Positions 7,833 to 16,860 of a stretch of 52,774 nt of DNA are shown one piece after another. This DNA is from a virus. Taxonomy: Duplodnaviria > Caudoviricetes. The stretch covers positions 1 through 52,774 of IMG/VR virus record IMGVR_UViG_3300012942_000057; one strand, given 5' to 3'. Positions within the stretch are counted from its first letter, which is position 1. Every line of letters begins with the position of its first letter. Made by a program: the position numbers and the translations under genes. The notes beneath the pieces were generated by a model. The model had not been told where the DNA came from and made no database searches. It was given only the letters and a program-made list of their open reading frames with translations.

Positions 7833-8507
7833 ATGGCCACGAAGAAGAAGGCGACTAATGCGCCTGCTTCCAAGAAGCCGGCGGCGAAGAAACCAGCCAA
7901 AAAAGACGGTGGGCCCACTCGCGCACAAAAGAAAGTCATCAACAAAGCTACCAAGGCATCCGCCGATGCAATGGTGCGTGATATTGTGGTGCAGCATAAA
8001 GAAGCCGGTCGAACCGAGGTGCCACCACTTCCAACTTACAGCGGCTGGACAAGTGAGTTGGAAGACGCCTTATACACCTTGATAGCCACTGGCAACGGCA
8101 TGCGAGAGATTTCTAAAATGCACGGCATGCCACCTTTGGTGCAAATGTTGAGGTGGCTCAGCGATGAGACACATCCGTTCTCGCTCACCTACGCACGCGG
8201 AAAACAGGCCGTGGTTTCACTGTACGAAGAAGACATTCAAGCAATCTCGCTTGCCGCTAACATCGGTGAGATCCGCACCGAGAAGCAGGTCCTCACCAAG
8301 GACGGCGACGTCGTCGACGTGGTGGAGACAAAGTACGTGGACAACGTCGAGCGCAGCAAGCTGGCCGTCGCCACGATGCAGTGGACGCTCGGCCACCTCA
8401 GGCCGCGCAAGCACGGACGCGTTCCCGACCTGTCGAGCGACAAGCCGAACGAGCAGCTCGAGGGCCTGTTCGCGGCGCTGAAGGCGGGGCCGGCCGATGG
8501 CAAGTAG
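7833..8507 (+). CDS. terS: terminase small subunit (Sf6-like)
   Basis: AAGGAG RBS; HTH (MREISKMHGMPPLVQMLRWL), FSLTYARG, DNVERSKL...QWTLGHLRPRKHG; lies upstream of terL. Confidence 0.85.
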   Translation: MATKKKATNAPASKKPAAKKPAKKDGGPTRAQKKVINKATKASADAMVRDIVVQHKEAGRTEVPPLPTYSGWTSELEDALYTLIATGNGMREISKMHGMPPLVQMLRWLSDETHPFSLTYARGKQAVVSLYEEDIQAISLAANIGEIRTEKQVLTKDGDVVDVVETKYVDNVERSKLAVATMQWTLGHLRPRKHGRVPDLSSDKPNEQLEGLFAALKAGPADGK

Positions 8508-8883
8508 CCTCCGTAGGCCCATTGGCCGCAAGGCCGTGCTGGCCAAGACGGGCGGCCGCTGCGCGTATTGCGGCGCCGTCCTCGGCCGCCTCTGGCACCG
8601 CGACCACGTCGTCCCGCTCGTCCGCTTCAAGGGCGTCAGGTGGTCGTTCGGCGGCCGCAACGGCTGCGTCAACCCGGAGGCCCACGACTTCGACAACATC
8701 GTCGCGGCGTGCGTCGCGTGCAACAAGTCAAAGGGGTCCATGGACCTGGAGACATGGCGCGGCAGCTTGCGGTGGCCGGGATGGCGGGGCGGCGGCGTCG
8801 TGTTCTATTTCGAGCGCCGAGCGGCCGTTTCCAAGCCCGTGGACCCGAAAGCCCCGCACGGGCGGTCTGGGGGCCGCGAATGA
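8497..8883 (+). CDS. HNH endonuclease
   Basis: GRCAYCG...DHVVP...NIVAACVACNKSKG. Confidence 0.9.
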   Translation: MASSLRRPIGRKAVLAKTGGRCAYCGAVLGRLWHRDHVVPLVRFKGVRWSFGGRNGCVNPEAHDFDNIVAACVACNKSKGSMDLETWRGSLRWPGWRGGGVVFYFERRAAVSKPVDPKAPHGRSGGRE

Positions 8884-10184
8884 GCGTTTTAGAGCGGCCC
8901 CAGTCCGCGGAAATGATAATGAAGCCGTTCGGGCGCAAAAGCCATGATTTCATCATGCGCGACCCGGCGCGGGACAAGCGCTACACCGTCATCGTCGGGT
9001 CCGTGCGCTCCGCCAAGACGTTCACCCTGGACGCCAAGACCATCGTGCAACTTTCCCGCTACCCGCTGCCGCCCAACGCGAAGCGGCTGATGACCGGGGC
9101 CACGAAGCAGACGCTCTACCGCAACGTGCTCATCGACCTGTTCAACGTCGTGGGCCAGTCGAACTACAGCTACAACGGCCAGACCGGCGAGCTTTGGCTG
9201 TTCGGCAAGCAATGGTTCTGCCTGGGCGCGAAGGACGAGGCGTCCTACCGGCAGATCCTCGGCATGACCGTCGGCCTGACCGTCGGCGACGAGGTCGTCG
9301 AGTACCCCAAGAGCTTCCTCGCCCAGAACTTCCTCCGCATGTCCCCCGCCGGGGCGCGGTGGTACGGGTCCACCAACACGGGCAACCCCTACTGCTACCT
9401 CAAGGCCGAGGTGATCGACAAGTTCGACCCTGCGTCGCTCGAGGTCATGAACTTCGGCCTGGCCGACAACCCCAACATCGACGAGGACGCCAAGCGCGCC
9501 ATCGTCGCCTCGCAGACCGGAGTGTACTACAAGCGGTACATCCTTGCGCAATGGGTGGTAGCCGAGGGCAGTATCTATCGCGATTCGTTCAGCGAGGCGG
9601 ACAACCTGTTCGACGGTATCGTGAAGGTGGACGGCGTAGATATACTGCTGGACCCGGAGCCGATTGGACTAAGGGCGCAGGGCGGTCATATTGATCACTG
9701 GTTCAGCGTGGACGCTGGCGTAGACCACGTGCAATCGCACCTCGAGTACTACGACGACGGCGACACGGTGTGGGTGACCCGCGAGCAGCGCTGGGATAGC
9801 CGCGCCGAGATGCGACAAAAGACAGACGGCCAATACGCCGACGACCTCGTAGCATTCGGAGCGGAGAAGCACCAAATCATTGTGCCACCCGAAGCGCTGT
9901 CTCTGAAGAATGAGTTCATCCAGCGTGGCTTCTGGGTTACGGACGCCGACAACTCCGTCAAAGAAGGCATCCACACGGTTTCCACCATGTTCGCCCGCCG
10001 CAAGCTGCGCATAAGCAAGCGCGGCTGCCCCGAGCTGGCCAAGCGCGTGCCCAACTACTCGTGGGACGACAAGGCCGCCAAGCGCGGAGTGGAGCAGCCG
10101 CTCAAGATCGAGGACGACGACTGCGACTCGCTGCGGTACGGGGTGCACAGCAAGCTGCCGCCGTGGCGGATTACTGGCGTATAG
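8880..10184 (+). CDS. terL: terminase large subunit (PBSX-like)
   Basis: Walker A variant GSVRSAKT, Walker B TVGDE, STN motif C, nuclease VDAG and DDCDSLRY. Confidence 0.92.
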   Translation: MSVLERPQSAEMIMKPFGRKSHDFIMRDPARDKRYTVIVGSVRSAKTFTLDAKTIVQLSRYPLPPNAKRLMTGATKQTLYRNVLIDLFNVVGQSNYSYNGQTGELWLFGKQWFCLGAKDEASYRQILGMTVGLTVGDEVVEYPKSFLAQNFLRMSPAGARWYGSTNTGNPYCYLKAEVIDKFDPASLEVMNFGLADNPNIDEDAKRAIVASQTGVYYKRYILAQWVVAEGSIYRDSFSEADNLFDGIVKVDGVDILLDPEPIGLRAQGGHIDHWFSVDAGVDHVQSHLEYYDDGDTVWVTREQRWDSRAEMRQKTDGQYADDLVAFGAEKHQIIVPPEALSLKNEFIQRGFWVTDADNSVKEGIHTVSTMFARRKLRISKRGCPELAKRVPNYSWDDKAAKRGVEQPLKIEDDDCDSLRYGVHSKLPPWRITGV

Positions 10185-10202
10185 AATGCGGTTCTTGTCG
10201 CA

Positions 10203-10502
10203 TTGGAGGCGGTCCTTGTGTGCAAACAGATTGAATGCAGCCTAGCCGTCTGGCCCCGCGTCGTGGAGGCCGGACAGAACGTCAACGCCGTGGCGTCGTC
10301 GCCGAAGCGGGGGTGGTTCACGCCGCGCGTCTTCTACTTCAATGGCAATGGTGGTAGGGTGGTTAGAACTAACGCCTCCGATTCTTGCTTTGTGGATACC
10401 ACGGGATTACTTCCAGGCGTGTACAGGCTCTGGGTCTACGTCTACCAGGGCGCTGATCCCGGGCATCAAAACAGCGCGGAGGCGCGGTTCGAGGTGATAT
10501 AG
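10203..10502 (+). CDS. hypothetical beta-rich protein
   Basis: ORF fills the gap after terL; DTTGLLPGVYRLWV is Ig-like; start uncertain. Confidence 0.45.
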   Translation: MEAVLVCKQIECSLAVWPRVVEAGQNVNAVASSPKRGWFTPRVFYFNGNGGRVVRTNASDSCFVDTTGLLPGVYRLWVYVYQGADPGHQNSAEARFEVI

Positions 10503-10506
10503 GACT

Positions 10507-10584
10507 TCAAAGGATAGGGTGGCCGCCCGACAAGCTAGTCATCTCCGACTAGTTTCCTTTGAGTAACTACGGAGCGTGGGAGAT
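10507..10584 (+). promoter_or_regulatory. three-way-junction leader whose loop is complementary to the downstream RBS
   Basis: TCAAAGGA/TCCTTTGA, GGG/CCC and GCTAGTC/GACTAGT stems; loop ATCTCC pairs with GGAGAT at 10579. Confidence 0.55.
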
Positions 10585-10588
10585 CACG

Positions 10589-11368
10589 ATGAAGAAAGAA
10601 CATACGCACGGCTACATCTACGTGCTGACTTGCCTTGTTACCATGCGCGAATACGTAGGGCAAGCGGTCTGTTGGAAAACCAGATGGAAGCAGCATTGTG
10701 GAGCAGCCAAAGCTGGCAGCGCATGCGCCATTCACCGCGCTATTAAGAAGTATCCCGGCCAGTTCGCCTTGACCATTGTGCGCCGCTGTTCCATAGGTGA
10801 TTTGAACCGTTGGGAAGAATACTACATCGACAAGTTTGACACGCTGATGCCTAACGGTTACAACATGACCGAAGGCGGCGACGGCGTGCGCGGGCAGCGG
10901 TTCTCCAAGAAAACCCTCGCGCTACGGTCCATGCAAATGTTGGCCTACTATCAAAGTGAGGCCGGGCGCGCCAGAATTTTACGCACCACAGAGCTTACAC
11001 ATGCTAGACACGCGGATCCCAAGGAGCATGCAAGGCTGAAGTCCAGTGTTGGATGGAAGCATGCCAAAGCGGCGCGTAGAAAGATTGCCGAGGCGGCTAA
11101 GGCCCAGTGGGACGACCCAAGTAGGCGCGCCGTAATCGTCGCCTCCCTTCAAAATAGGAAACCACTATCGACAGCCGTGCGGGCGCGCATTGCCAATGCG
11201 TTGATTGGCAAGGTCCATTCCGCCGAGACGAAGGCCAAGATGGCCAAAACGCAGCAGACCAGGTACGCAGATCCCGCGGCGCGGGAGCGCCACAGTGCTG
11301 GAATACGGGCATGGTGGAAGATTCGAAAGGAGAACCTTCAAAGATGCGACAGTTCAGCTGGCAAATGA
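10589..11368 (+). CDS. GIY-YIG homing endonuclease with NUMOD3-like repeats
   Basis: GYIYVLT...EYVGQ, NGYNMTEGGDG, GKVHSAETKAKMA. Confidence 0.9.
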   Translation: MKKEHTHGYIYVLTCLVTMREYVGQAVCWKTRWKQHCGAAKAGSACAIHRAIKKYPGQFALTIVRRCSIGDLNRWEEYYIDKFDTLMPNGYNMTEGGDGVRGQRFSKKTLALRSMQMLAYYQSEAGRARILRTTELTHARHADPKEHARLKSSVGWKHAKAARRKIAEAAKAQWDDPSRRAVIVASLQNRKPLSTAVRARIANALIGKVHSAETKAKMAKTQQTRYADPAARERHSAGIRAWWKIRKENLQRCDSSAGK

Positions 11369-11679
11369 AGGCCGGATTGATCGTGGTGCTGTTCGGATTC
11401 TTCTTGACAGTGTATCTCTTCGCGGCGTCGCGCATGGACCCCAGCCTGCGCATCGCCGCCTTGGTGTCCGCCACGGGCTTTGTGCAAACATTGGCCGCCG
11501 TGGGTTCTGTGCTCCTTACCGGCAAAGACCTCAGTCATCACGATCCGCCAGACGCCGCAAGCCTTCCTCCGAACACGCAGCTCACACAAACATCAGTGCA
11601 GACGTCCACCGTGGCGGCTACGGATGATGCCCCCGCAAAGCAGCCGCAAGGCAGAGCTTACCAAAATCTAACCAAGTAG
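11344..11679 (+). CDS. two-TM membrane protein, holin-like
   Basis: Two hydrophobic segments followed by a polar tail. Confidence 0.55.
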   Translation: MRQFSWQMKAGLIVVLFGFFLTVYLFAASRMDPSLRIAALVSATGFVQTLAAVGSVLLTGKDLSHHDPPDAASLPPNTQLTQTSVQTSTVAATDDAPAKQPQGRAYQNLTK

Positions 11680-11694
11680 CAAGGAGAAAACACC

Positions 11695-12156
11695 ATGAGC
11701 TTCAAATCAATATTCACAGGCATCGACAAGGCCGCGCACTCAACAGTGGCGTGGCTGGAGAAGGAATTGGCGGCATTCGTAGGCGCGGCGCCGAAGATCG
11801 AGCAGGTAATCGACGCTGGCCTTGCTTACGTGGAGCCAGTATTGACGCTCGCCCTGGACGCCGTCGGAGACGAGGCCGCCGCGCAGGTCGTGGCCAAGGT
11901 CGTCGACGAGGCGCAGGCCGACCTCAAGGCCGCGAGCGCGCTGGTCACGGACTTCGGCCCCACTCCCACCGCCGCGAGCATCTTCGCCGCGGTCGCCGAG
12001 AACCTGCAGGCCTTGCTCACCGACGGCCATGTGAAGAGCGCGCAGTCCGTAGCCGCCGTCACCAAGGCCGTCACCGAGGTCGGAGTTATCGGCGCCGCCG
12101 TCAGCGCCGCCGTCGCCGGCATCGCGGCGGCCTCGACCACGCCTGCTGGTGCTTAG
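11695..12156 (+). CDS. Ala-rich helical hypothetical protein
   Basis: AAGGAG RBS; strong coding bias. Confidence 0.75.
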   Translation: MSFKSIFTGIDKAAHSTVAWLEKELAAFVGAAPKIEQVIDAGLAYVEPVLTLALDAVGDEAAAQVVAKVVDEAQADLKAASALVTDFGPTPTAASIFAAVAENLQALLTDGHVKSAQSVAAVTKAVTEVGVIGAAVSAAVAGIAAASTTPAGA

Positions 12157-12166
12157 GAGGCCGGAT

Positions 12167-12331
12167 ATGGTCAACCCATTCAAGCATGTAGCCACGAATG
12201 TGGCTGATTATTACCGCGAAGCTGCTGGCAGCGACTGCGCGCCTGGACCCGCAAAGGTGGGCGTAACACTCATCTTGCCAGTGGCTGTTCCAGCATTGTT
12301 CATCGCTGCTTTGTTCAAGAAGGCCTCATGA
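12167..12331 (+). CDS. small membrane protein
   Basis: AGGAGG RBS; C-terminal hydrophobic segment. Confidence 0.55.
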   Translation: MVNPFKHVATNVADYYREAAGSDCAPGPAKVGVTLILPVAVPALFIAALFKKAS

Positions 12332-13113
12332 CGACGTACGAGAAGTTCAAGGCGGGGGCGCTGGCGTGCCTCTGCTTCCTTCTCCTGTCCGTGGCCATGG
12401 ACGTCCACCACATCGAGCGCGACGCGGCGGACGGCATACTGGAAGCCAACGCCAAGCTGACGGCCACGCAGAACAAGGCGGGCGCCGTGCTGGATTCTTT
12501 CACTGGCGTGGGTCCGCAGCTTACGGCCACTTTGAAGACGCTGCAAGCCACGACGAACGCGGTGGGAAAACAAGCCACCGCGTCGCTCAAGGTCACCGAC
12601 AAGGTCGGCGGCGTGCTGGACGGGGCCGCGGCCACGCTGGACGCGGTGAACAGGCCGTGCGCCGCGGCTCAGGTGCCATACACGGTGGAAGCCACCCCGG
12701 TCGCAATCATCCACGACGCAAGCTCTACGCCGCGCGCGGCGGTGAAGCCCTGCGGCACGCTGGCCGACCTCAACCGCACGCTCGCCACGGTGCGCGGCAC
12801 GTTCGGCCGGATAGAGGTGGCCGCGAACCACGAGGACAGGAACCTCGCGAGCCTGGACGCGCAGGAGGCCCAGCTCTACGCCGACACGCATGCGTCCATC
12901 ACAAGCTTCAATTCATTGCTGTCCTCGACCGATGTCACCAGGTTCTTGAAATCGTCTGCCGATACGTCCGTTCAAATAAGCGGCATAGCCTCCGATGTGC
13001 GCAAGGAGGCGGACGCGCTGACAAAACCGCAACCATGGTACAAGAAAGTCTACACCTACGGCAATACGGGCGTGAACGTGGCTTGTCTAGTAACGCACTC
13101 GTGCCCGTTCTAA
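12328..13113 (+). CDS. membrane-anchored coiled-coil protein (spanin-like/MCE-stalk-like)
   Basis: N-terminal TM, long helical heptads, KPQPWYKK near the C-terminus. Confidence 0.55.
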   Translation: MTTYEKFKAGALACLCFLLLSVAMDVHHIERDAADGILEANAKLTATQNKAGAVLDSFTGVGPQLTATLKTLQATTNAVGKQATASLKVTDKVGGVLDGAAATLDAVNRPCAAAQVPYTVEATPVAIIHDASSTPRAAVKPCGTLADLNRTLATVRGTFGRIEVAANHEDRNLASLDAQEAQLYADTHASITSFNSLLSSTDVTRFLKSSADTSVQISGIASDVRKEADALTKPQPWYKKVYTYGNTGVNVACLVTHSCPF

Positions 13114-13130
13114 GCACGTCGGAGGCGTCA

Positions 13131-13592
13131 ATGCTTCTACAAGAACTTGTACGAGAACTGCATGAGCTCAACTACCTGCTGAAACAGGTGGTCCATCTCT
13201 TGCACACCAGGACGAAGTACAAAGTGACAGGCGGAATGATCTTTCGCCTAGGAGACCCAATGGTACCCATTTCACCAGGCAACGCGCCCAAGTTTCAGGT
13301 AAGCCCAACATTCAGCGGCGAGGCGTTCACCCTCGACGGCGCCAAGGCCGCGGTCGAGTCGTCCGACCCGGCCAACTTCCCGGTCGCGCTCGACCTCGCC
13401 GGCGACCCCACCGGCGCCACCTTCGTCGCCGACATCCCCGCCGACGCGCAGCCCACGGGCGGCAGCGAGGCCGTCACCGTGACCTGGTCCTACACGAACC
13501 TTGATGGCGTCGTCGCCACCGTGACCGGCACCGTGACCGAGGTCGGACTGACGGATGACGTGGTCGGCGGAACCTTCACTCAGGTTGCCTAA
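13131..13592 (+). CDS. hypothetical Ig-like protein (second in-frame start at 13260)
   Basis: GGAGG at 13121 and GGAG at 13251 each precede an in-frame ATG; beta-rich C-terminal part. Confidence 0.65.
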   Translation: MLLQELVRELHELNYLLKQVVHLLHTRTKYKVTGGMIFRLGDPMVPISPGNAPKFQVSPTFSGEAFTLDGAKAAVESSDPANFPVALDLAGDPTGATFVADIPADAQPTGGSEAVTVTWSYTNLDGVVATVTGTVTEVGLTDDVVGGTFTQVA

Positions 13593-13603
13593 GAGCTTTG
13601 CCA

Positions 13604-13641
13604 GGGCGCGCCGCAGACAGGTTCGCGGCGCGCCTCTTTTT
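13604..13641 (+). terminator. rho-independent terminator
   Basis: GGCGCGCCGC/GCGGCGCGCC stem followed by TCTTTTT. Confidence 0.75.
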
Positions 13642-13662
13642 ACGCCCTGCAAGGAGGGTGCG

Positions 13663-13968
13663 ATGAACATCGAAGAAGCCGGGCAAGCGGCGCTCGCCGG
13701 ACCCAAGCCCATCAGCGTCTCCGTGGCCACCAAAGACATCCAGATGCTCCACGCCTGCCGCACCAGCCCCGACCAGTACGCCCAGCTGCTGCTGGCCAAG
13801 CTGAAGGACGCGGGCGGCCCGGTGGAGGGCACGCTGAAGCTGCGCCTCGCCCACGGCAAGTTGTTCAAGTTGAAGGATTCACTGCTGGAAGAGCAGACGG
13901 AGTTTACTTATCTCTGGTTGCCTGAGACATATTGCGCTGCCATTGCGGCCGGGGCGGGACGGGCATGA
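13663..13968 (+). CDS. hypothetical protein
   Basis: AAGGAGG RBS. Confidence 0.75.
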   Translation: MNIEEAGQAALAGPKPISVSVATKDIQMLHACRTSPDQYAQLLLAKLKDAGGPVEGTLKLRLAHGKLFKLKDSLLEEQTEFTYLWLPETYCAAIAAGAGRA

Positions 13969-14123
13969 AGAACGAAGCCACGAAGGACACCGTCGTCAAC
14001 ACTACGTGCCGCGAGGCGGTAGAATTGAGCAAGCGGCCCGGCGCGCGCATTTTCTGGCGACCCGGCGGCGTGATAAACTGGATGCTGCCGGAGCTGGACC
14101 TGGCGCAAGTGTTGGAGGGGTGA
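13965..14123 (+). CDS. small hypothetical protein
   Basis: ATGA overlap with the upstream gene. Confidence 0.45.
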   Translation: MKNEATKDTVVNTTCREAVELSKRPGARIFWRPGGVINWMLPELDLAQVLEG

Positions 14124-14124
14124 G

Positions 14125-15060
14125 ATGGCAAGCAAGCTAGCGAAGGAAGAGACAAAGGGTTCACAGGCTGAGTACAGACGCAGCGTTGCTGAAATGAATG
14201 CACGCGCAGGGTTGAGCCGCAATCCGAGCTTTACAGGACCGAAAAAGGCCAAAGACGTCAAACCGGTGGGCGAGAAGCTCACGACCGTGACCATCCCTGG
14301 GCACAAGGGAAACATCCCGAACAAAGAGTTCAAGATTCCGCCGCCTCCTGCGAAGGGGAAGGACGAGACCTTCCGGGTGTTCGACTCGGGCGAGGTTGTT
14401 GAGGTGGGCGACGCCCAGGACCACCCCGACCCGGCCGTGCAGGCCAAGGTCGACAAGTACCGCGCGACCGCGCTGAAGCAGGGCTTCAAGCCGGAAAGAG
14501 TCGAGGAGTCGATCAAGCAGCTGCTTTCCGAGGGCCGCTTCAAGGCGACGTCCAAGGTGGCCGATGCGGCCTTCAAACCCGGCGACAAGGTGTGGGCGAA
14601 CCCCATCGGCAAGTCTGGCGGCACCGTCAAGGGGACCGTGGCGCGGATCAACGCGTCCGGCCAGGTGGTGATCGAGTCCGGCGGCCGGGAGCGCGAGTTC
14701 CACCCGTCCAACGTGCGCGCGTCCGACGTCGCGCCGGTGGGCGACGAGAGTTTGGAGCTCAAGAAGCTGCGCGAGCAGTACGTGAAGGCCGTGAAGAACG
14801 CGAGTCCCGCCACCAAGGCCCACCGCTTGGCGCTATACGAGCAGATCCAGAAGCTCGAGGCGGAGGAGAAGTCCAAGGCGAAAGACGCGGGCGACTCCAT
14901 GGCCGGACTGACCAAGTGGACCATATGGACCGACAAGGGCGTGGTGGTCGTCAAGGCTTCTTCTTCAAAAGAAGCCGTGGAAGCCGCATTGCGCGCCAAA
15001 CCGGGCGCCAAGGTGGACGAGTCCAAAGGCATCAACGGCGTGCGCAAAGGCCAGTGGTAG
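14125..15060 (+). CDS. basic modular protein, putative processed internal head protein
   Basis: GGAGG RBS; modules separated by AKD/GKD/VAD/ASD/AGD motifs; one SH3/KOW-like module FKPGDKVW. Confidence 0.75.
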   Translation: MASKLAKEETKGSQAEYRRSVAEMNARAGLSRNPSFTGPKKAKDVKPVGEKLTTVTIPGHKGNIPNKEFKIPPPPAKGKDETFRVFDSGEVVEVGDAQDHPDPAVQAKVDKYRATALKQGFKPERVEESIKQLLSEGRFKATSKVADAAFKPGDKVWANPIGKSGGTVKGTVARINASGQVVIESGGREREFHPSNVRASDVAPVGDESLELKKLREQYVKAVKNASPATKAHRLALYEQIQKLEAEEKSKAKDAGDSMAGLTKWTIWTDKGVVVVKASSSKEAVEAALRAKPGAKVDESKGINGVRKGQW

Positions 15061-15072
15061 GGGCTATAACCT

Positions 15073-15981
15073 ATGGCCGCGAAGAAACCGCCGGGCCCCA
15101 AGACCCCGCCAAAAAAGGGCGCCACGGAGTTTGGTCCCACGCAGCGCCTGCAGAAGGTGTACGAACGCGGCATCCGTGAAATAACGGGCCGCGTTTTATT
15201 GTCCTCAAAAAAGAAACCTGAGCAGTCATACACCGACTGGTTGGCCGATTTGGCCAGGCGTTCTCAAGAGAAGGACATCCAAGACGCCAGTGAGTTGCTG
15301 GCCAAGCGGATGATCTTCCAGACGCAGAAGACCAACTGGCGTACATGGCGCGAGGCCGCGTCGCGGTCCAGCCGCGCGCAGCACCTTTATCAGTTGTTAG
15401 AAGCTGAGATGCAAGGAGCCACGGGTGCGCGGGTCCGGCAGCTCGTGCGGGAGAACGCCAAACTCATCAGCTCGCTGCCGCTGGAGGCCGCGACAATGCT
15501 CACCGATGAGGTTCGCAAGGCGCAGCAATCCGGCGCCAGGCCGGGCACCGTGGCTAAGATGGCACAGAAGCGCTTCCCCACACTGCTTCGTTCCCGCACC
15601 CACCTCATCAGCCGGACGGAGACCGCGAAGGCAAGCACCGCGCTGACGCAGGCTCGGTGCGAACGGTTGAATGTGTCGTTTTACCAATGGGAGACGTCCA
15701 AGGACGGCGACCGCGTGCGCGAATCGCACCGCAACATGCATGGCGTTGTCGTGCCGTGGAGCCAGACCCCTGCCCCAGAGGCGCTCGTCGGGGAGAAGTC
15801 CACGCTCGGCCATTACAACGCTGGCGAGTGCCCGAATTGCCGCTGTCTCATCATCCCCATCCTGACGCTCGACGACATCCAATTCCCCGCGCGGGTCTAT
15901 TGGAACGGCGCGATCCAGCGTATGACGAAGCAAGCATTCAAACAAATCGCCGTCGGCCTGGAAGGGCGCGACGCCGCCTAG
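15073..15981 (+). CDS. head morphogenesis protein (MuF/SPP1 gp7 family)
   Basis: LISRTETAK, YQWETSKDGDRVRESH, GECPNCRC. Confidence 0.92.
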   Translation: MAAKKPPGPKTPPKKGATEFGPTQRLQKVYERGIREITGRVLLSSKKKPEQSYTDWLADLARRSQEKDIQDASELLAKRMIFQTQKTNWRTWREAASRSSRAQHLYQLLEAEMQGATGARVRQLVRENAKLISSLPLEAATMLTDEVRKAQQSGARPGTVAKMAQKRFPTLLRSRTHLISRTETAKASTALTQARCERLNVSFYQWETSKDGDRVRESHRNMHGVVVPWSQTPAPEALVGEKSTLGHYNAGECPNCRCLIIPILTLDDIQFPARVYWNGAIQRMTKQAFKQIAVGLEGRDAA

Positions 15982-15990
15982 GAGCCCACC

Positions 15991-16278
15991 ATGATCAACT
16001 GCGGAAACTTCAATCTCGATAACAACGCGCCGCTGAACCAGCCACTGGTGCTCAAGTCCAGCACCAACCTCGTAACCATCACGACCGCGACTGCCGGCCT
16101 CGCGCCTATCCTGGAAGTGCTGACCGTGGCGACACTTCCTGCCGCCACTCCCGCGCTCAAGGGTACGGTCGTAGCCGTCAGCGACGCCACCGACCCGGCT
16201 ATCGGCGTGGTGTTGGCTGGCGGCGGAGAGCTTTACTGCTTGGCGCTGTGCACTGGCGCTGCATGGGTGGCTGTCTAA
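15991..16278 (+). CDS. small structural/fibre-like protein
   Basis: TVATLPAA...GTVVAVSDA...CTGAAW motif; AGGAG RBS. Confidence 0.65.
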   Translation: MINCGNFNLDNNAPLNQPLVLKSSTNLVTITTATAGLAPILEVLTVATLPAATPALKGTVVAVSDATDPAIGVVLAGGGELYCLALCTGAAWVAV

Positions 16279-16343
16279 CCCGCCAAGACCGTCTCACGCC
16301 AGGTACGGCGCTGACTTACTTTGTTGGGACTTGGGAGCTGCGG

Positions 16344-16571
16344 ATGGCGCGCGGAATACGTGTCGAACTGGGTTGCAACGAAATACTTGTTTACAAGGGT
16401 CTAGAGATAGACCGTGAAATCCTGGACGCCGTCATCGACACCAACAAGCGCCTCTTGTGGGCGTTCGTGCGCGGCGACGGCGGGGACGTCCGGGCCGTGC
16501 CGTACAGTGAGGAGCAGGTAATCTGGATGGCCGATTCCGACGTGGTTAAAGAACGCGACGTGGAAGTGTAG
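16344..16571 (+). CDS. hypothetical protein
   Basis: GGGAG RBS. Confidence 0.65.
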   Translation: MARGIRVELGCNEILVYKGLEIDREILDAVIDTNKRLLWAFVRGDGGDVRAVPYSEEQVIWMADSDVVKERDVEV

Positions 16572-16582
16572 GGGAGGGAAGC

Positions 16583-16834
16583 ATGAAGGCATACATATTG
16601 GAACTAGGGCAGAAGCATTCACAGATCTGCGCGGACACGATCACGCAGGCCAACGATTTCGTCTCGTTCTACAGGGGCGAGACGGCCAATACGAGGGAGC
16701 TAGTGGCCCTGGTACGCATGTCACCGGGCGACTCCATCGTAGAGAAATCGGCAACTCCGGCAGAACAAAAATGCCCCGATTGCGGCCATGCGCCGTACGA
16801 ACGCGGCGGCAGCACCATCATAGCGAAGCGGTAG
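16583..16834 (+). CDS. hypothetical protein with C-terminal CPxCG
   Basis: GGAGG RBS; KCPDCGH. Confidence 0.6.
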   Translation: MKAYILELGQKHSQICADTITQANDFVSFYRGETANTRELVALVRMSPGDSIVEKSATPAEQKCPDCGHAPYERGGSTIIAKR

Positions 16835-16860
16835 CGAAGAACTAGAAAGGAAGTTGGCGG

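Noticed and set aside
10503-11368. Group I intron around the GIY-YIG endonuclease
   Set aside because: The flanking genes look complete and there is no room for an intron core; it appears free-standing
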